A DNA stretch of 64,000 nt from assembly GCA_019704295.1 (NCBI GenBank), contig AP024596.1, positions 2,087,178 to 2,151,177 of the forward strand, given 5' to 3'. Positions 1 to 9,205 of this stretch are shown in pieces. Positions within the stretch are counted from its first letter, which is position 1. Each line of letters opens with the position of its first letter. The notes under the pieces were generated by a model. That model was not told where the DNA came from. It made no database searches and saw only the letters and a program-made list of their open reading frames with translations. This DNA comes from Sulfolobales archaeon HS-7. Lineage in GTDB: Archaea > Thermoproteota > Thermoprotei_A > Sulfolobales > Sulfolobaceae. Position numbers and translations under genes: made by a program.

Positions 1-23
1 CACTCATATCTGCTGTAGCGCTA

Positions 24-722
24 GTGATTACTATCCACTATTACAGGAAACAGACATCCGGTTTAGAGAAGCAGTTGGAGGAGATGAGGAAACAGAATAG
101 TATACTTGAACAACAGTTAGAAGAAATGAGGAAGAAAGCAGAGCTAAAAGCAGAATTCGACTATACTTTTCTGGATAATGCCGTCCCGATAACCGATGCG
201 GATAAAGCCATTATATCAGGAATTATGATAAAGAGCGGTACAGATACTAGAGCAAAGATTGTTAGGATCAATGTTTTCAATGAGAGTTCGGTTACTGCAA
301 GGCAGTGCGTGGCAAAGGTCAGGATATTTAGGAAAGATCATTGGGAGGGTTTCGGAGGAATTATGTTACACTGGATCAGATATCGGGTGGGCATACATGG
401 TAATCGAATGGAGGACTTATATAGGCCTATAGACATTGCTGCAAAAGATAGCGAAATAGCGGATCTGGTATTTATAATTAAAGATCACAAGGAAAAATAT
501 GCTGCAATAAGGACGGATCTGGGTCTTGATATACTGTTTGCTAATCCCAGAACCAGGCTACATGAAGACGATATTCTTAAGGTTTCGGTGTATTGCGATA
601 ACGCTACGTTAGATCTTCCTTGTATACATGTGAAGAAAGTACCGGATTACGATACCATAAACAGTAGTAACGAAAAGGACTTCTTAGAGATATTGGAATG
701 CCATAAAGTTTTACCATCATAA
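24..722 (+). CDS. Hypothetical protein with N-terminal coiled coil (probably starts upstream of window)
   Basis: 232-aa ORF; LEKQLEEMRK/LEQQLEEMRK repeat; frame open to window edge with hydrophobic residues upstream. Confidence 0.7.
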   Translation: MITIHYYRKQTSGLEKQLEEMRKQNSILEQQLEEMRKKAELKAEFDYTFLDNAVPITDADKAIISGIMIKSGTDTRAKIVRINVFNESSVTARQCVAKVRIFRKDHWEGFGGIMLHWIRYRVGIHGNRMEDLYRPIDIAAKDSEIADLVFIIKDHKEKYAAIRTDLGLDILFANPRTRLHEDDILKVSVYCDNATLDLPCIHVKKVPDYDTINSSNEKDFLEILECHKVLPS

Positions 723-864
723 AATTAAAACCACAATTATTTTCAACGACCAAAGGTATTAAGGTAACTCCTAAACTATATATTGATTTCTCATTTCGGT
801 TTTAGAATTAAAATCTCCAATTACTGCGAAAAATTCAACGACTATGCATACTACTACTAAGAAT

Positions 865-1204
865 TTTGGAAGTGAAAGTAGTGAGTGAAAAACTTAAGCC
901 CAGGGTAGTTTCTAATCATGTAAGGCCTTTCTTAATTCCTAAAAATTTTCTAAAGATAAAAGTGAAAATTCAATTAGCTGTAATTTAGCTAAAAATTAGC
1001 CTAAATAAAAAAGTGTAAAATTGAAAGTGATTGAAGAAGTCAGAAAGTGATTCAAGAAGTTAGAAAAAGTTTGAGTAGTAGTTATATATATTAAGTCTCC
1101 TCATAAAGAAACAAGTATTTTTCTGAGTAAACTGGGGAGTTTTTACAAGGAATTAGTTGCACTTTTAGAAAAAGATTTACAAATTAAACTGGGGAGTTAA
1201 CGGT
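865..1204. repeat. AT-rich repeat tract, candidate replication origin of the element
   Basis: Multiple AAGTGA(AA) motifs, tandem GAAAGTGATTGAAGAAGTCA/GAAAGTGATTCAAGAAGTTA (1023-1062), TAAACTGGGGAGTT at 1128 and 1185. Confidence 0.55.
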
Positions 1205-1271
1205 ACTTAGAATATTTATTCCAGTAATGAGAAAATAGGGCAATAGTATGAGGTGTATGCATATATATCCC

Positions 1272-1799
1272 TCACCAAAGCAAGGCCTTACTTAACCTTA
1301 CCTTCTTCGCTGCAAGTGAAGAAGGCCATAAGTACAGGATACCTACGTTTGCCAAAGATAAAATCGCCCTTGTTGTCTCCTCCAGTCCCTCATTTATTGC
1401 CCTGGAAATCAATTCGGCAATATTGCCCTCCGAACCGCCTTCTAAATACGACCTACCTGTCCTTCTCATATAAAATATTAAGAATTCTATTACCTTCTTC
1501 TCTACTTCGTCCAGCTCTCTCCCTATTACTTTCCTCATAAGTTCTTCTGCCTTCCTCAGTACATCCCTACCTCTCTTCAGCGCTTCTTTGACTATTAAGA
1601 GTACCCTGGGGTTTATCGAGTACTTGTTGATTCTACCCTCCTTTTTTACCGAAACTATTGTGTTGAAGTAACGTTTCAGCCTTGGGTAGATCTCCCTGCT
1701 TTCTACTTGTATGATTTCTGCTAAGTCTGCTGCAGTTCTCTCTCCTGCCAATAGTTCCTCAAAAAGCCTCTTTACCCTATCAGACCTGAAGGAAATCAC
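1272..1799 (-). CDS. Winged-helix protein, candidate replication initiator/regulator of the element
   Basis: 175 aa, N-terminal wHTH (TAADLAEIIQVESREIYPRLKRY); adjacent to repeat tract. Confidence 0.7.
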   Translation of the reverse strand: MISFRSDRVKRLFEELLAGERTAADLAEIIQVESREIYPRLKRYFNTIVSVKKEGRINKYSINPRVLLIVKEALKRGRDVLRKAEELMRKVIGRELDEVEKKVIEFLIFYMRRTGRSYLEGGSEGNIAELISRAINEGLEETTRAILSLANVGILYLWPSSLAAKKVRLSKALLW

Positions 1800-1801
1800 C
1801 G

Positions 1802-1909
1802 TTAACTCCCCAGTTTACGTTGCTCGACGAGAAATTCCGATTGAAGGAGAACGAAGAATAGGATCACTATCAGCGTAAGGCTTATTACGATATTTGTAAA
1901 TAGTTTCAA
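1802..1909 (-). CDS. Small single-TM peptide (35 aa, MKLFTNIVISLTLIVILFFVLLQSEFLVEQRKLGS)
   Basis: Translated by hand; TTG start preceded by SD GGGGGTG; fills the gap between two co-oriented genes. Confidence 0.55.
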   Translation of the reverse strand: MKLFTNIVISLTLIVILFFVLLQSEFLVEQRKLGS

Positions 1910-1936
1910 TTAGCACCCCCTTTCCTTTTTCTTTTT

Positions 1937-2215
1937 TTAAATTAGAGAGACTGTAGTATTCTCTTTCAATTTCTCTATATATCCCAAAAATGGTAAGAAC
2001 GTCTTAATCAATTGTTGCCTAGCTTTTTCAGTAAGGATATATCCCTCTCCCTTTTTCTCAGTGTATCCGTTTGCGATTAACCATGTTATGTTTTCATGAT
2101 AGGTAGTTAAGCTCATTCCGAGGATGTCTCTTATTTCCCTATCCGTCTTTGGTCCGTCTAATAAAACTAGTAAAATCTTAGCTGTTGGGTACATCAACTG
2201 ATCTCTTATTTTCAT
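1937..2215 (-). CDS. wHTH transcriptional regulator
   Basis: LLVLLDGPKT...LIANGYTEK...YILTEKA pattern. Confidence 0.8.
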   Translation of the reverse strand: MKIRDQLMYPTAKILLVLLDGPKTDREIRDILGMSLTTYHENITWLIANGYTEKKGEGYILTEKARQQLIKTFLPFLGYIEKLKENTTVSLI

Positions 2216-2216
2216 A

Positions 2217-2235
2217 TGATACGTATAGCGTATCT
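2217..2235. promoter_or_regulatory. Palindromic operator TGATACG-N5-CGTATCT
   Basis: Near-perfect copy of the palindrome at 3498-3516; between TATA-like box and start of the 1937-2215 gene. Confidence 0.65.
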
Positions 2236-2309
2236 AATATATAAAAGTGTTTGTACGTGACACGTAGCAGTCTACATATGTTCTTTATAATAGAGTATAA
2301 CTTTCCTAC

Positions 2310-2612
2310 GTGAAACGTACAGAATTAACTGAAATGCAGCAGAGAGTACTTATTTTCTTAATCGAAAATGATGGTATTTCATTTAGGGATATATCTGACA
2401 AAACAGAGAGTAATCCCAATGCGATAAAAAAGGCTATAGACGAGTTGATGGAGTTAGGCTTAGTTTATGATAGAAGGGAAGATACATTTCCGCGGAGACG
2501 TCTAATTTTTCTTACAAATTATGGAAAGGAGGTTGCTAAGAGGCTAAAAGAAATAGTAGAGATTGTTAATGAGAGTTCTAAGCATCCACAAAAACCTTCA
2601 GTTGAAGTTTAA
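2310..2612 (+). CDS. MarR-family wHTH regulator (putative element repressor)
   Basis: IDELMELGLV...PRRRLIFLTNYGKEVA motif; divergent from 1937-2215. Confidence 0.85.
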   Translation: MKRTELTEMQQRVLIFLIENDGISFRDISDKTESNPNAIKKAIDELMELGLVYDRREDTFPRRRLIFLTNYGKEVAKRLKEIVEIVNESSKHPQKPSVEV

Positions 2613-2779
2613 TCTAAATTTAACATTTTTCTTATGGTCTCGTATTTATTCTCCTTCAGCTCAGTATATATTATCTCTACCCGTACCTTTACATCTTCTA
2701 AACTTTTCGCTTTTCTAAGTTCGATTAGTATTAAATCTAGACTGTCTTCAAATCCTTTCAGATAACTATCTTTATCCAT
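2609..2779 (-). CDS. Small hypothetical protein (56 aa, MDKDSYLKGFEDSLDLILIELRKAK...)
   Basis: Translated by hand, below ORF-track cutoff; ATG start with TATA-like TATATATT upstream. Confidence 0.65.
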   Translation of the reverse strand: MDKDSYLKGFEDSLDLILIELRKAKSLEDVKVRVEIIYTELKENKYETIRKMLNLD

Positions 2780-2832
2780 TTATGATCAGTTAATACAAAA
2801 TAATATATAGTAGACGGAGAACACTGAAAATA

Positions 2833-3273
2833 TTAATCAATATATATTGTTATCCATTCGGATTTATACATACATACTATAATATTACGTAAGAAATCTT
2901 CTCTACCTAAAATTAGAGCTGGAACTATTTCTTCTGGGTAAGGGTTATATTCAATTATAGCTGCATTATAGTTTCTACTTATATCATCTAGCTGAGGAAA
3001 GGTAAACCTAAACGAATACCTGAAGTACTCCCTATCATTAATTATCACTCTATCGACATATCTATTTTTCATCTCGTCTTCCGTAAAACACTCATTAATA
3101 ACATACTTATTAACTACCGAATATCTGCTACCTGTGTCTATAAGCCCTAATACCAATTTGTCCTTTCCTAGCTTAGGACATTCAAGCCTTATTTTTAATA
3201 AGGGGATAAGGTTTCCGTAGAAATCCGAAAATTTAATGACCTTGAGAGTCTTTTTTGATATGCTTAGGGACAT
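2833..3273 (-). CDS. Retropepsin-like aspartyl protease
   Basis: GLIDTGS catalytic motif and LILGREDFL C-terminal motif. Confidence 0.8.
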   Translation of the reverse strand: MSLSISKKTLKVIKFSDFYGNLIPLLKIRLECPKLGKDKLVLGLIDTGSRYSVVNKYVINECFTEDEMKNRYVDRVIINDREYFRYSFRFTFPQLDDISRNYNAAIIEYNPYPEEIVPALILGREDFLRNIIVCMYKSEWITIYID

Positions 3274-3430
3274 ATATTATATCGTAATCTGTGATACTAT
3301 AACCCTTTCTTGCCAATTCCTTCTCCAACTCTTCCCTGGAATCAGTATAGCCTATAATGTTAAAGCTCTCATCCACTGCAATGAACTTACCGAGGTATTT
3401 TGTGTCTTTCACAACTAAACTTTCTGGCAT
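3233..3430 (-). CDS. DUF5678-like small protein
   Basis: KYLGKFIAVD...IIGYTDSREEL pattern; overlaps the protease gene. Confidence 0.7.
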   Translation of the reverse strand: MPESLVVKDTKYLGKFIAVDESFNIIGYTDSREELEKELARKGYSITDYDIIYVPKHIKKDSQGH

Positions 3431-3497
3431 ATGATTAATTTGGATTATACTAATATCAACTTGCTCTACGCCTTACGTATCAAAAGATTTATATATT

Positions 3498-3516
3498 TGA
3501 TACGTTATACGTATCA
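3498..3516. promoter_or_regulatory. Palindromic operator TGATACG-TTATA-CGTATCA (second degenerate site 3464-3482)
   Basis: Perfect 7-bp arms; the two sites flank TTTATATA box of the rightward operon. Confidence 0.7.
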
Positions 3517-3518
3517 TA

Positions 3519-3854
3519 ATGATAACAAAAATGTCCACACTTCAGATTCAGGAAAACACCCCAGTTGATGGGGATCAAGATCTATCTTTTTTGGTGTCCC
3601 TGCTCGACAAGCAGGATAAGATAGAGTTCGTGGAAGTATTCAGTGACGATTTTCAAAGTCTGGTACAGGAAGGTAGGTTGTCCAAGACCGGATTGAGGAA
3701 GTTGCTTTCAGGCTACGCCCCCGCAGATGAGAGACTTTTGCAGATAGCGGAGATGGATCATAAGGCGAAGGAGTGGATAGCAAGGAGGGTCCAAGAGAAG
3801 GCGAAGAGGGCCCTGGAAATAATCGAGAGGATGAAGGAGAGGGGAGAGGAATGA
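3519..3854 (+). CDS. Hypothetical element protein, first gene of rightward operon
   Basis: 111-aa ORF, stop overlaps next start (ATGA). Confidence 0.75.
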   Translation: MITKMSTLQIQENTPVDGDQDLSFLVSLLDKQDKIEFVEVFSDDFQSLVQEGRLSKTGLRKLLSGYAPADERLLQIAEMDHKAKEWIARRVQEKAKRALEIIERMKERGEE

Positions 3855-4099
3855 GCGATTGTTCGAGTATAGGACCTACTTATTCCGAACTAGGGGAGTT
3901 GGTACTGGAGAAGCTGAGGAAGATTGACGAAAGGATAGGGAAGAGATGCCTGGAGTACAGCGAAGACTTCCTTCTAGGGGTACAAACCACGGAGGAAGTG
4001 GTCAAGGAGCTCGCCTTCAATCTGGAAAGGCTCAGGGAGCAACTCGAAGAGGAGCAGAAGGAACTTATTCAGAAGATGGAGGCTGAGGACAATGACTGA
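3851..4099 (+). CDS. Hypothetical coiled-coil protein
   Basis: Start moved to ATG 3851 (ATGA overlap, SD upstream). Confidence 0.7.
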   Translation: MSDCSSIGPTYSELGELVLEKLRKIDERIGKRCLEYSEDFLLGVQTTEEVVKELAFNLERLREQLEEEQKELIQKMEAEDND

Positions 4100-4301
4100 G
4101 GCTATTGAATCCGAACTGTTTAACGAAGTCGACGAAAAACTAAGGGTTTTGTTAACGATTATCCAAAATTTGAAAATAGACCTGGCATTACGAAACAAAA
4201 AAATGGCACGAGGACACTGGAGTCGTGCTAGAGAATTATCGTTGGACGTTTGCGAGATGATCGACGAGCTTCGTAAGGTAGTGGAGGAGGCCAAAAAATG
4301 A
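4092..4301 (+). CDS. Hypothetical protein
   Basis: 69-aa ORF coupled on both sides. Confidence 0.7.
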   Translation: MTEAIESELFNEVDEKLRVLLTIIQNLKIDLALRNKKMARGHWSRARELSLDVCEMIDELRKVVEEAKK

Positions 4302-4642
4302 AGAAAGCACTTCGTATAGTTCATTTCGACTCGCAGAAGAAGGCCAAGTACTTAGAGCTGAGCTTTGACGATGCGGATATAAATTCTAAGGGATATGCGG
4401 ATGACGGATCGTTACTAATTTCTATTTCTCAGGGAGAACAAAGAAACGCGTTCCAACTAAGCGTATCAGAAGCTGCTTTACTTAAAGAGAGATTAGACTT
4501 CATTCTAGCACTCTTAGCTAGACAATATATAGAAATTGATGAAAAAGCATCAAAGGAAAGACAAAGACAAGTCAAAAAGGATCAAGGAAAGAAGGAGCAG
4601 GAAAATTACCTGGATGACGAGATCCTGGATGACGAGATATGA
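4298..4642 (+). CDS. Hypothetical protein, possible ssDNA-binding (PC4/Whirly-like) with acidic tail
   Basis: Beta-rich N-part, [11 protein letters not shown] helix, C-terminus [10 protein letters not shown]. Confidence 0.65.
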   Translation: MKKALRIVHFDSQKKAKYLELSFDDADINSKGYADDGSLLISISQGEQRNAFQLSVSEAALLKERLDFILALLARQYIEIDEKASKERQRQVKKDQGKKEQENYLDDEILDDEI

Positions 4643-4848
4643 GAGTAATCACATTCAAAGCGGAAGAGGAGCTATTGCAGAAACTGGATCTCTACTGTAT
4701 TAATAACAACAGAGAAAGAAGCGAAGTAATCCGGGAAGCTATCATGTTCTACTTAAGCTGCAAAAAGGGAAGGGTATACAGGCAAAATTCACGTTCTTCC
4801 GTTGAAGAGAATTACACAAATTCTATTACGAGGGTGCAGGAACTATGA
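4639..4848 (+). CDS. Ribbon-helix-helix protein, aCcr1-like
   Basis: [20 protein letters not shown]...RSEVIREAI. Confidence 0.8.
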   Translation: MRVITFKAEEELLQKLDLYCINNNRERSEVIREAIMFYLSCKKGRVYRQNSRSSVEENYTNSITRVQEL

Positions 4849-5081
4849 CAGATGTCCCAGACTGGGTCGAGGCATTTGAAGAAGCAGAGTGTGAATATTG
4901 CCACAAGAAAATTTACTGGGTAAAACACGTGAAGGGTTATAAGATTCCAGTGGACCCCAATTGGAAACCTCATCGACTTTCATGCCCTTATGCTGATAGA
5001 TGGGCCAAGAAGACGAGTATTAAGAAGAAAGAGGTGAAACAAACTACCCTGGAGGATTGGGCTAGACATGACGATCAATGA
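4845..5081 (+). CDS. Zinc-finger protein
   Basis: CEYC...HRLSC; QTTLEDW tail. Confidence 0.75.
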   Translation: MTDVPDWVEAFEEAECEYCHKKIYWVKHVKGYKIPVDPNWKPHRLSCPYADRWAKKTSIKKKEVKQTTLEDWARHDDQ

Positions 5082-5295
5082 AATTATAGAGGAAAACAGA
5101 GAGCTGCAGCAAAGATATGCTAAAGCGATATCGACGATAGCAGCCCTGAAAAGGGAAAATAAAAAGCTTCAGAAACAAAATAATATACTGTACAGGGCAA
5201 TGGAGATAGCGCTACAAATAAGCAGTAAAGAGAAGCAGGATGTGCAGTTGAAGACGATTTTAGAGAAGTTCAGAGAGAAGCTCGGGGCGAAATGA
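5068..5295 (+). CDS. Coiled-coil protein
   Basis: Heptad pattern; overlapping neighbours. Confidence 0.7.
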   Translation: MTINEIIEENRELQQRYAKAISTIAALKRENKKLQKQNNILYRAMEIALQISSKEKQDVQLKTILEKFREKLGAK

Positions 5296-5576
5296 TGGAA
5301 TTGCAGCAAGTAGTAATTCCTAAGATTACTGTTTCAAAGATGAGGAAGAAAAGCGGGGAGCTTTACTATACGTATTTACCCCAGAGCTTCACAGCGTATC
5401 TAGAGGGTAAAAAGTGGAACGTAATAGCCACAGTAAACGATAAAGAGGTCCCTTTGGGACCTAGATCTCCGTTCCGCCACGGCCGTAATTTGATTATAAC
5501 TCTCCCATTAGCCTACAAGGACTTATGGGAATCACTTTTAGGTAAGGAAATAGACTTAATCTTTTTGAAGATCTAA
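5292..5576 (+). CDS. AbrB/MazE-like swapped-hairpin protein
   Basis: Two repeats of K/R...YTYLP and NLIITLP type motifs. Confidence 0.6.
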   Translation: MMELQQVVIPKITVSKMRKKSGELYYTYLPQSFTAYLEGKKWNVIATVNDKEVPLGPRSPFRHGRNLIITLPLAYKDLWESLLGKEIDLIFLKI

Positions 5577-6823
5577 AGCAGCCTAGGTGAATATTTGTCG
5601 TAAATCTGTTGTAATTCTATATCCGATATTACGAAGTAATGGTCCTGCAAGATTTTGAACTGCTGCGGGGGAGCTCTACCCTGGAGGATATTGACCAGCA
5701 TCGGGCTCACTCCCTGCTTCAGCATATACGATGCCCAAAAACTCCTTATATCATAAAGTCTGAACTCTTTGCCTAGCACTTTCTTCATTGCTTGTTTAAT
5801 CGAATATCTTATATCTTGGAGTTGGAAGGGGAACAGCTTACTCTTCCACTTCTCTACATCTTGCCCTATCCCCCTAACCGCAGGCTCATATCTTTTTATA
5901 AATTCTTCTCTATAGGGTAAATAGACGTCTTTCAGATATTCTACAGTTTTCGAATGAATAAAGCAAATATATGCTCTTTTCGTCTCATTCTCTTTAAGCA
6001 GCTTGATTACTCTGTGCTCTAAGTCCGTTTGTTCCATAGTTATATTGTAAACCTCCCCTGTCCTCAACCCCGTTTCACATAATAATAAGAAATAGGCCTT
6101 AGCTCCCCGGTGTTCTGTCGCGTCAAATATTTTCTTCAAAGTTTCTATGTTGAGGTTTTCCGGTCTGTGCTTGTACTTTCCCTTAGGTACTGTAAACGAG
6201 GAGTAAAGTAAATGTGCTAATCCAGGGTTTTTCTCCCTGAAAACCGTCTTTATAAACAGTTTTAACGAGTTCGCCATATGTCTTGCGACATTAGGGCTAT
6301 CTGCTTCTATTAATATCTCCCTAATTCCGTCAGGCGACAGTTCATAGCTCAGTTCAGATAGGGCTCTCTTCAGATATCTCATACGCATATCCCTAGTACT
6401 TTTGGACTTATTGTTTAGTAATGTCTCGAATTTCTTCACATCTTCCTCGCTTACGATATACGTGCTTGTAGTTGTCCTTAAGTAGTCCCCCATATACTGG
6501 TACAGTAACGTTATGAAGAAGTTTCTAAAGCCCTCATCTCTTAGCGCCTTCACTATAACACTTAATGCGACCGTCGGGTCTACATCTATCGTTTTCAGTC
6601 CGTATAGTGAGTCGCTTAGCTCTTCAACACTGAGCATCTCTGCAGCGTTAGTTATTATTTCGTCCTGGATCCTCCTTACTTTACCCGCAACATACCTGTA
6701 TAAAGTACTTCTATCAATTCCCAACTTTTGTGCAACGTAACTTAACCCGTATTTTTCTACAGTTTTCTTTAATATTCGTATTTTTTGCTCACTGTCAAGT
6801 TTATTTACGTCAATCTTTACCAT
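5573..6823 (-). CDS. Tyrosine integrase with N-terminal HTH (intact, non-partitioned)
   Basis: TGLRTGE, LYDIRSF, ILQGR, DHY motifs; start placed at ATG 6823. Confidence 0.92.
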   Translation of the reverse strand: MVKIDVNKLDSEQKIRILKKTVEKYGLSYVAQKLGIDRSTLYRYVAGKVRRIQDEIITNAAEMLSVEELSDSLYGLKTIDVDPTVALSVIVKALRDEGFRNFFITLLYQYMGDYLRTTTSTYIVSEEDVKKFETLLNNKSKSTRDMRMRYLKRALSELSYELSPDGIREILIEADSPNVARHMANSLKLFIKTVFREKNPGLAHLLYSSFTVPKGKYKHRPENLNIETLKKIFDATEHRGAKAYFLLLCETGLRTGEVYNITMEQTDLEHRVIKLLKENETKRAYICFIHSKTVEYLKDVYLPYREEFIKRYEPAVRGIGQDVEKWKSKLFPFQLQDIRYSIKQAMKKVLGKEFRLYDIRSFWASYMLKQGVSPMLVNILQGRAPPQQFKILQDHYFVISDIELQQIYDKYSPRLL

Positions 6824-6935
6824 AGTCTCATATTCTATTATTAGACTTACACACTGTTGCAAAAATATCCTTCGCTGTTGCAAATGCCTTATCTTTGTAG
6901 AGAATGTATCTCCCTTAAAATTAACGTAAAATTAG

Positions 6936-7024
6936 TGCCGCGGCCGGGATTTGAACCCGGGCCACAGGCTTGAGAGGCCTGCATACTTTCGGTGCAAGAC
7001 TTGACCGGGCTATACTACCGCGGC
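6936..7024 (-). tRNA. tRNA-Glu(CTC) with 14-nt D-loop intron (6988-7001); integration target
   Basis: Cloverleaf GCCGCGG...CCGCGGCA, anticodon arm CAGGC-CTCTCAA-GCCTG, BHB motif CGGT/ACCG with CAA and AAA bulges. Confidence 0.95.
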
Positions 7025-7061
7025 ATTCAAAATTAACTTACAAGTTCATAAAAAAGTTTTG

Positions 7062-7388
<327 letters not shown>

Positions 7389-7438
7389 CTATTTCCCACT
7401 AACCTTAAATAAAGTAATCCCTAATCTGTTCGGGGGCA

Positions 7439-7996
7439 TTGATAAGAGTCCAATTAACTGTAAGGAGGGGATTTGACTGGCTTCCAGAAGGTGCTGACGT
7501 GAGTCTTATAGATATCAGAAATGGTAGGGACTGCGTTAGATGTATAATTGAAGTAAAGGGCGTAAGAGAAGGGAGCGAGGAGGAGAAAGTATCAACTAAT
7601 ACCATAATCAAGGTAGTTCAAACTAAGGAAATCTTATTTCAGATAATGTCCTCCCTTACTGTACAATACGCTATAATAGGTAAAACTAAATCAATATGGG
7701 AACTCCTCTTGACTGACTATGAGGAAATGAGGAACGTGATTTCGGAACTTTTTAAGAATAAGGTTGACGTTAGGGTAGATAAAATACATAAACTACGTTC
7801 AACCCAGCAGTTGACCCCTAAACAGGAAAGAATTTTAAGAATAGCGGTAGAGCACGGATATTACGACTTTCCAAGGAAGATAGAGCTTTCTGAATTAGCT
7901 AAAAAACTCGAGATTTCACCGTCTACTCTCTCCGAGATTTTAAGGAGGGCAGAGAAAAATGTTATTTTGGATTACCTAAGGAACAAATCACCATAG
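7439..7996 (+). CDS. HTH-10 (Bat-type) transcriptional regulator
   Basis: LTPKQERIL...GYYDFPRKIELSELAKKL...LRRAEK. Confidence 0.9.
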   Translation: MIRVQLTVRRGFDWLPEGADVSLIDIRNGRDCVRCIIEVKGVREGSEEEKVSTNTIIKVVQTKEILFQIMSSLTVQYAIIGKTKSIWELLLTDYEEMRNVISELFKNKVDVRVDKIHKLRSTQQLTPKQERILRIAVEHGYYDFPRKIELSELAKKLEISPSTLSEILRRAEKNVILDYLRNKSP

Positions 7997-8008
7997 AGTG
8001 GTGGCGTT

Positions 8009-8524
8009 ATGACGTATATTAATACATACGATAAGTTATGTTTTCCCGCTGAAATTTATAAAATAAGAGAAGGCGACAGGCTTCTCTTGCATCCTGCAAC
8101 AGTCAAGATAGGGCATTCAATCGTAACCTTTCCACCGTTTTCTTTCTTAAGTAATTCATGCGATAATGAGGTATCATCTCCAGCTTGGATTGATGATGTG
8201 GAAGTAAGGAATCATAGTAACTTTAAGTTCCTAGGTGGAAATGAGAAAGTTAGAGGCAGGCTAGCTCCAACCACGAGCGCTATCCCCACCTTATTTACAC
8301 TGTATCATTTATGGGACGAATTGGAGCTAAATATAAATACCCATTACGAAGGCATACCTATCTTAACATTAGGAGAAATACCTATACTAACCGTACTCAA
8401 GGGAGTAGTCCATATATGTACATTAGAAATGAGGAATGTATTTACGGCTGTGGCGAGTGTAGTTAACTATTACTTACCTGATTGGGATAAAGTAGGGGTA
8501 AAAAATAATTATAATATTCCTTAA
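8009..8524 (+). CDS. Hypothetical protein
   Basis: 171-aa ORF co-oriented with upstream gene. Confidence 0.65.
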   Translation: MTYINTYDKLCFPAEIYKIREGDRLLLHPATVKIGHSIVTFPPFSFLSNSCDNEVSSPAWIDDVEVRNHSNFKFLGGNEKVRGRLAPTTSAIPTLFTLYHLWDELELNINTHYEGIPILTLGEIPILTVLKGVVHICTLEMRNVFTAVASVVNYYLPDWDKVGVKNNYNIP

Positions 8525-9205
8525 AAATGAGAGGACTGTCCCTTCTTGCGCTCGTAACATCCCGGCTCATGATTTCCTAGCTTCAGAGGGACCTCGATAC
8601 CTAGCAAAGGTTCCATCAAAACATTTTGTAACGAGTTACGGAAGAGAGTCTATGAAGGATCTTCACAGACTTAAGTTTCCTGTTTTGTGGCTACGACCTA
8701 ATAAACGAGGTCTACACCCTTTTTTTGTAAAAACCTTATCTACAAAGAGCTATCCATTCCCTACAGACTTTCCCTCCACTAAACCTGTCGATTTAAACTC
8801 CTCTCACGACCGCTTCAGTAACCTTTCACTGACTTTTTGTTAAGCTTTACCCCCTAGGATATAGTTAGAAATAGTCATCTTGCGTTTCGTCATAGAGATG
8901 AAAAAAGCTCCTTTTTCCATAATTAGGTATATAGCGTTCTCATAGTTGTCTATTATGCCTTAGAGGCGGACTAATAGGACATTTCTCCAAATTTTTACGA
9001 ATCAATGCATTTCAGAACGATCTTGAAGGATCTAAAAGTTTTCAATCACATTGGATTAAAATACTTAGAGAATCTCCTAACTTAGAAAAATGCTAAAATG
9101 TAGTTGTTACTAGCTCTATTGTTTATAAATTTACTAATAAAATTGTTCTATGTATGGTCTTCGTCACACGCTAAAGTTTATAAATGATACAACAATTTCT
9201 ATTAT

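Larger units (their letters stand above)
1..6935. mobile_element. Integrated element (provirus or integrative plasmid), tRNA-proximal part; extends beyond window start
   Basis: Tyrosine integrase directly abutting the 3' end of tRNA-Glu; dense overlapping small ORFs with HTH, RHH, AbrB-like and Zn-finger motifs; no housekeeping genes. Second att site not seen in window. Confidence 0.85.

Noticed and set aside
8530-8900. 63-aa ORF or transposase remnant
   Set aside because: Looks decayed on the minus strand, but no motif allowed assignment
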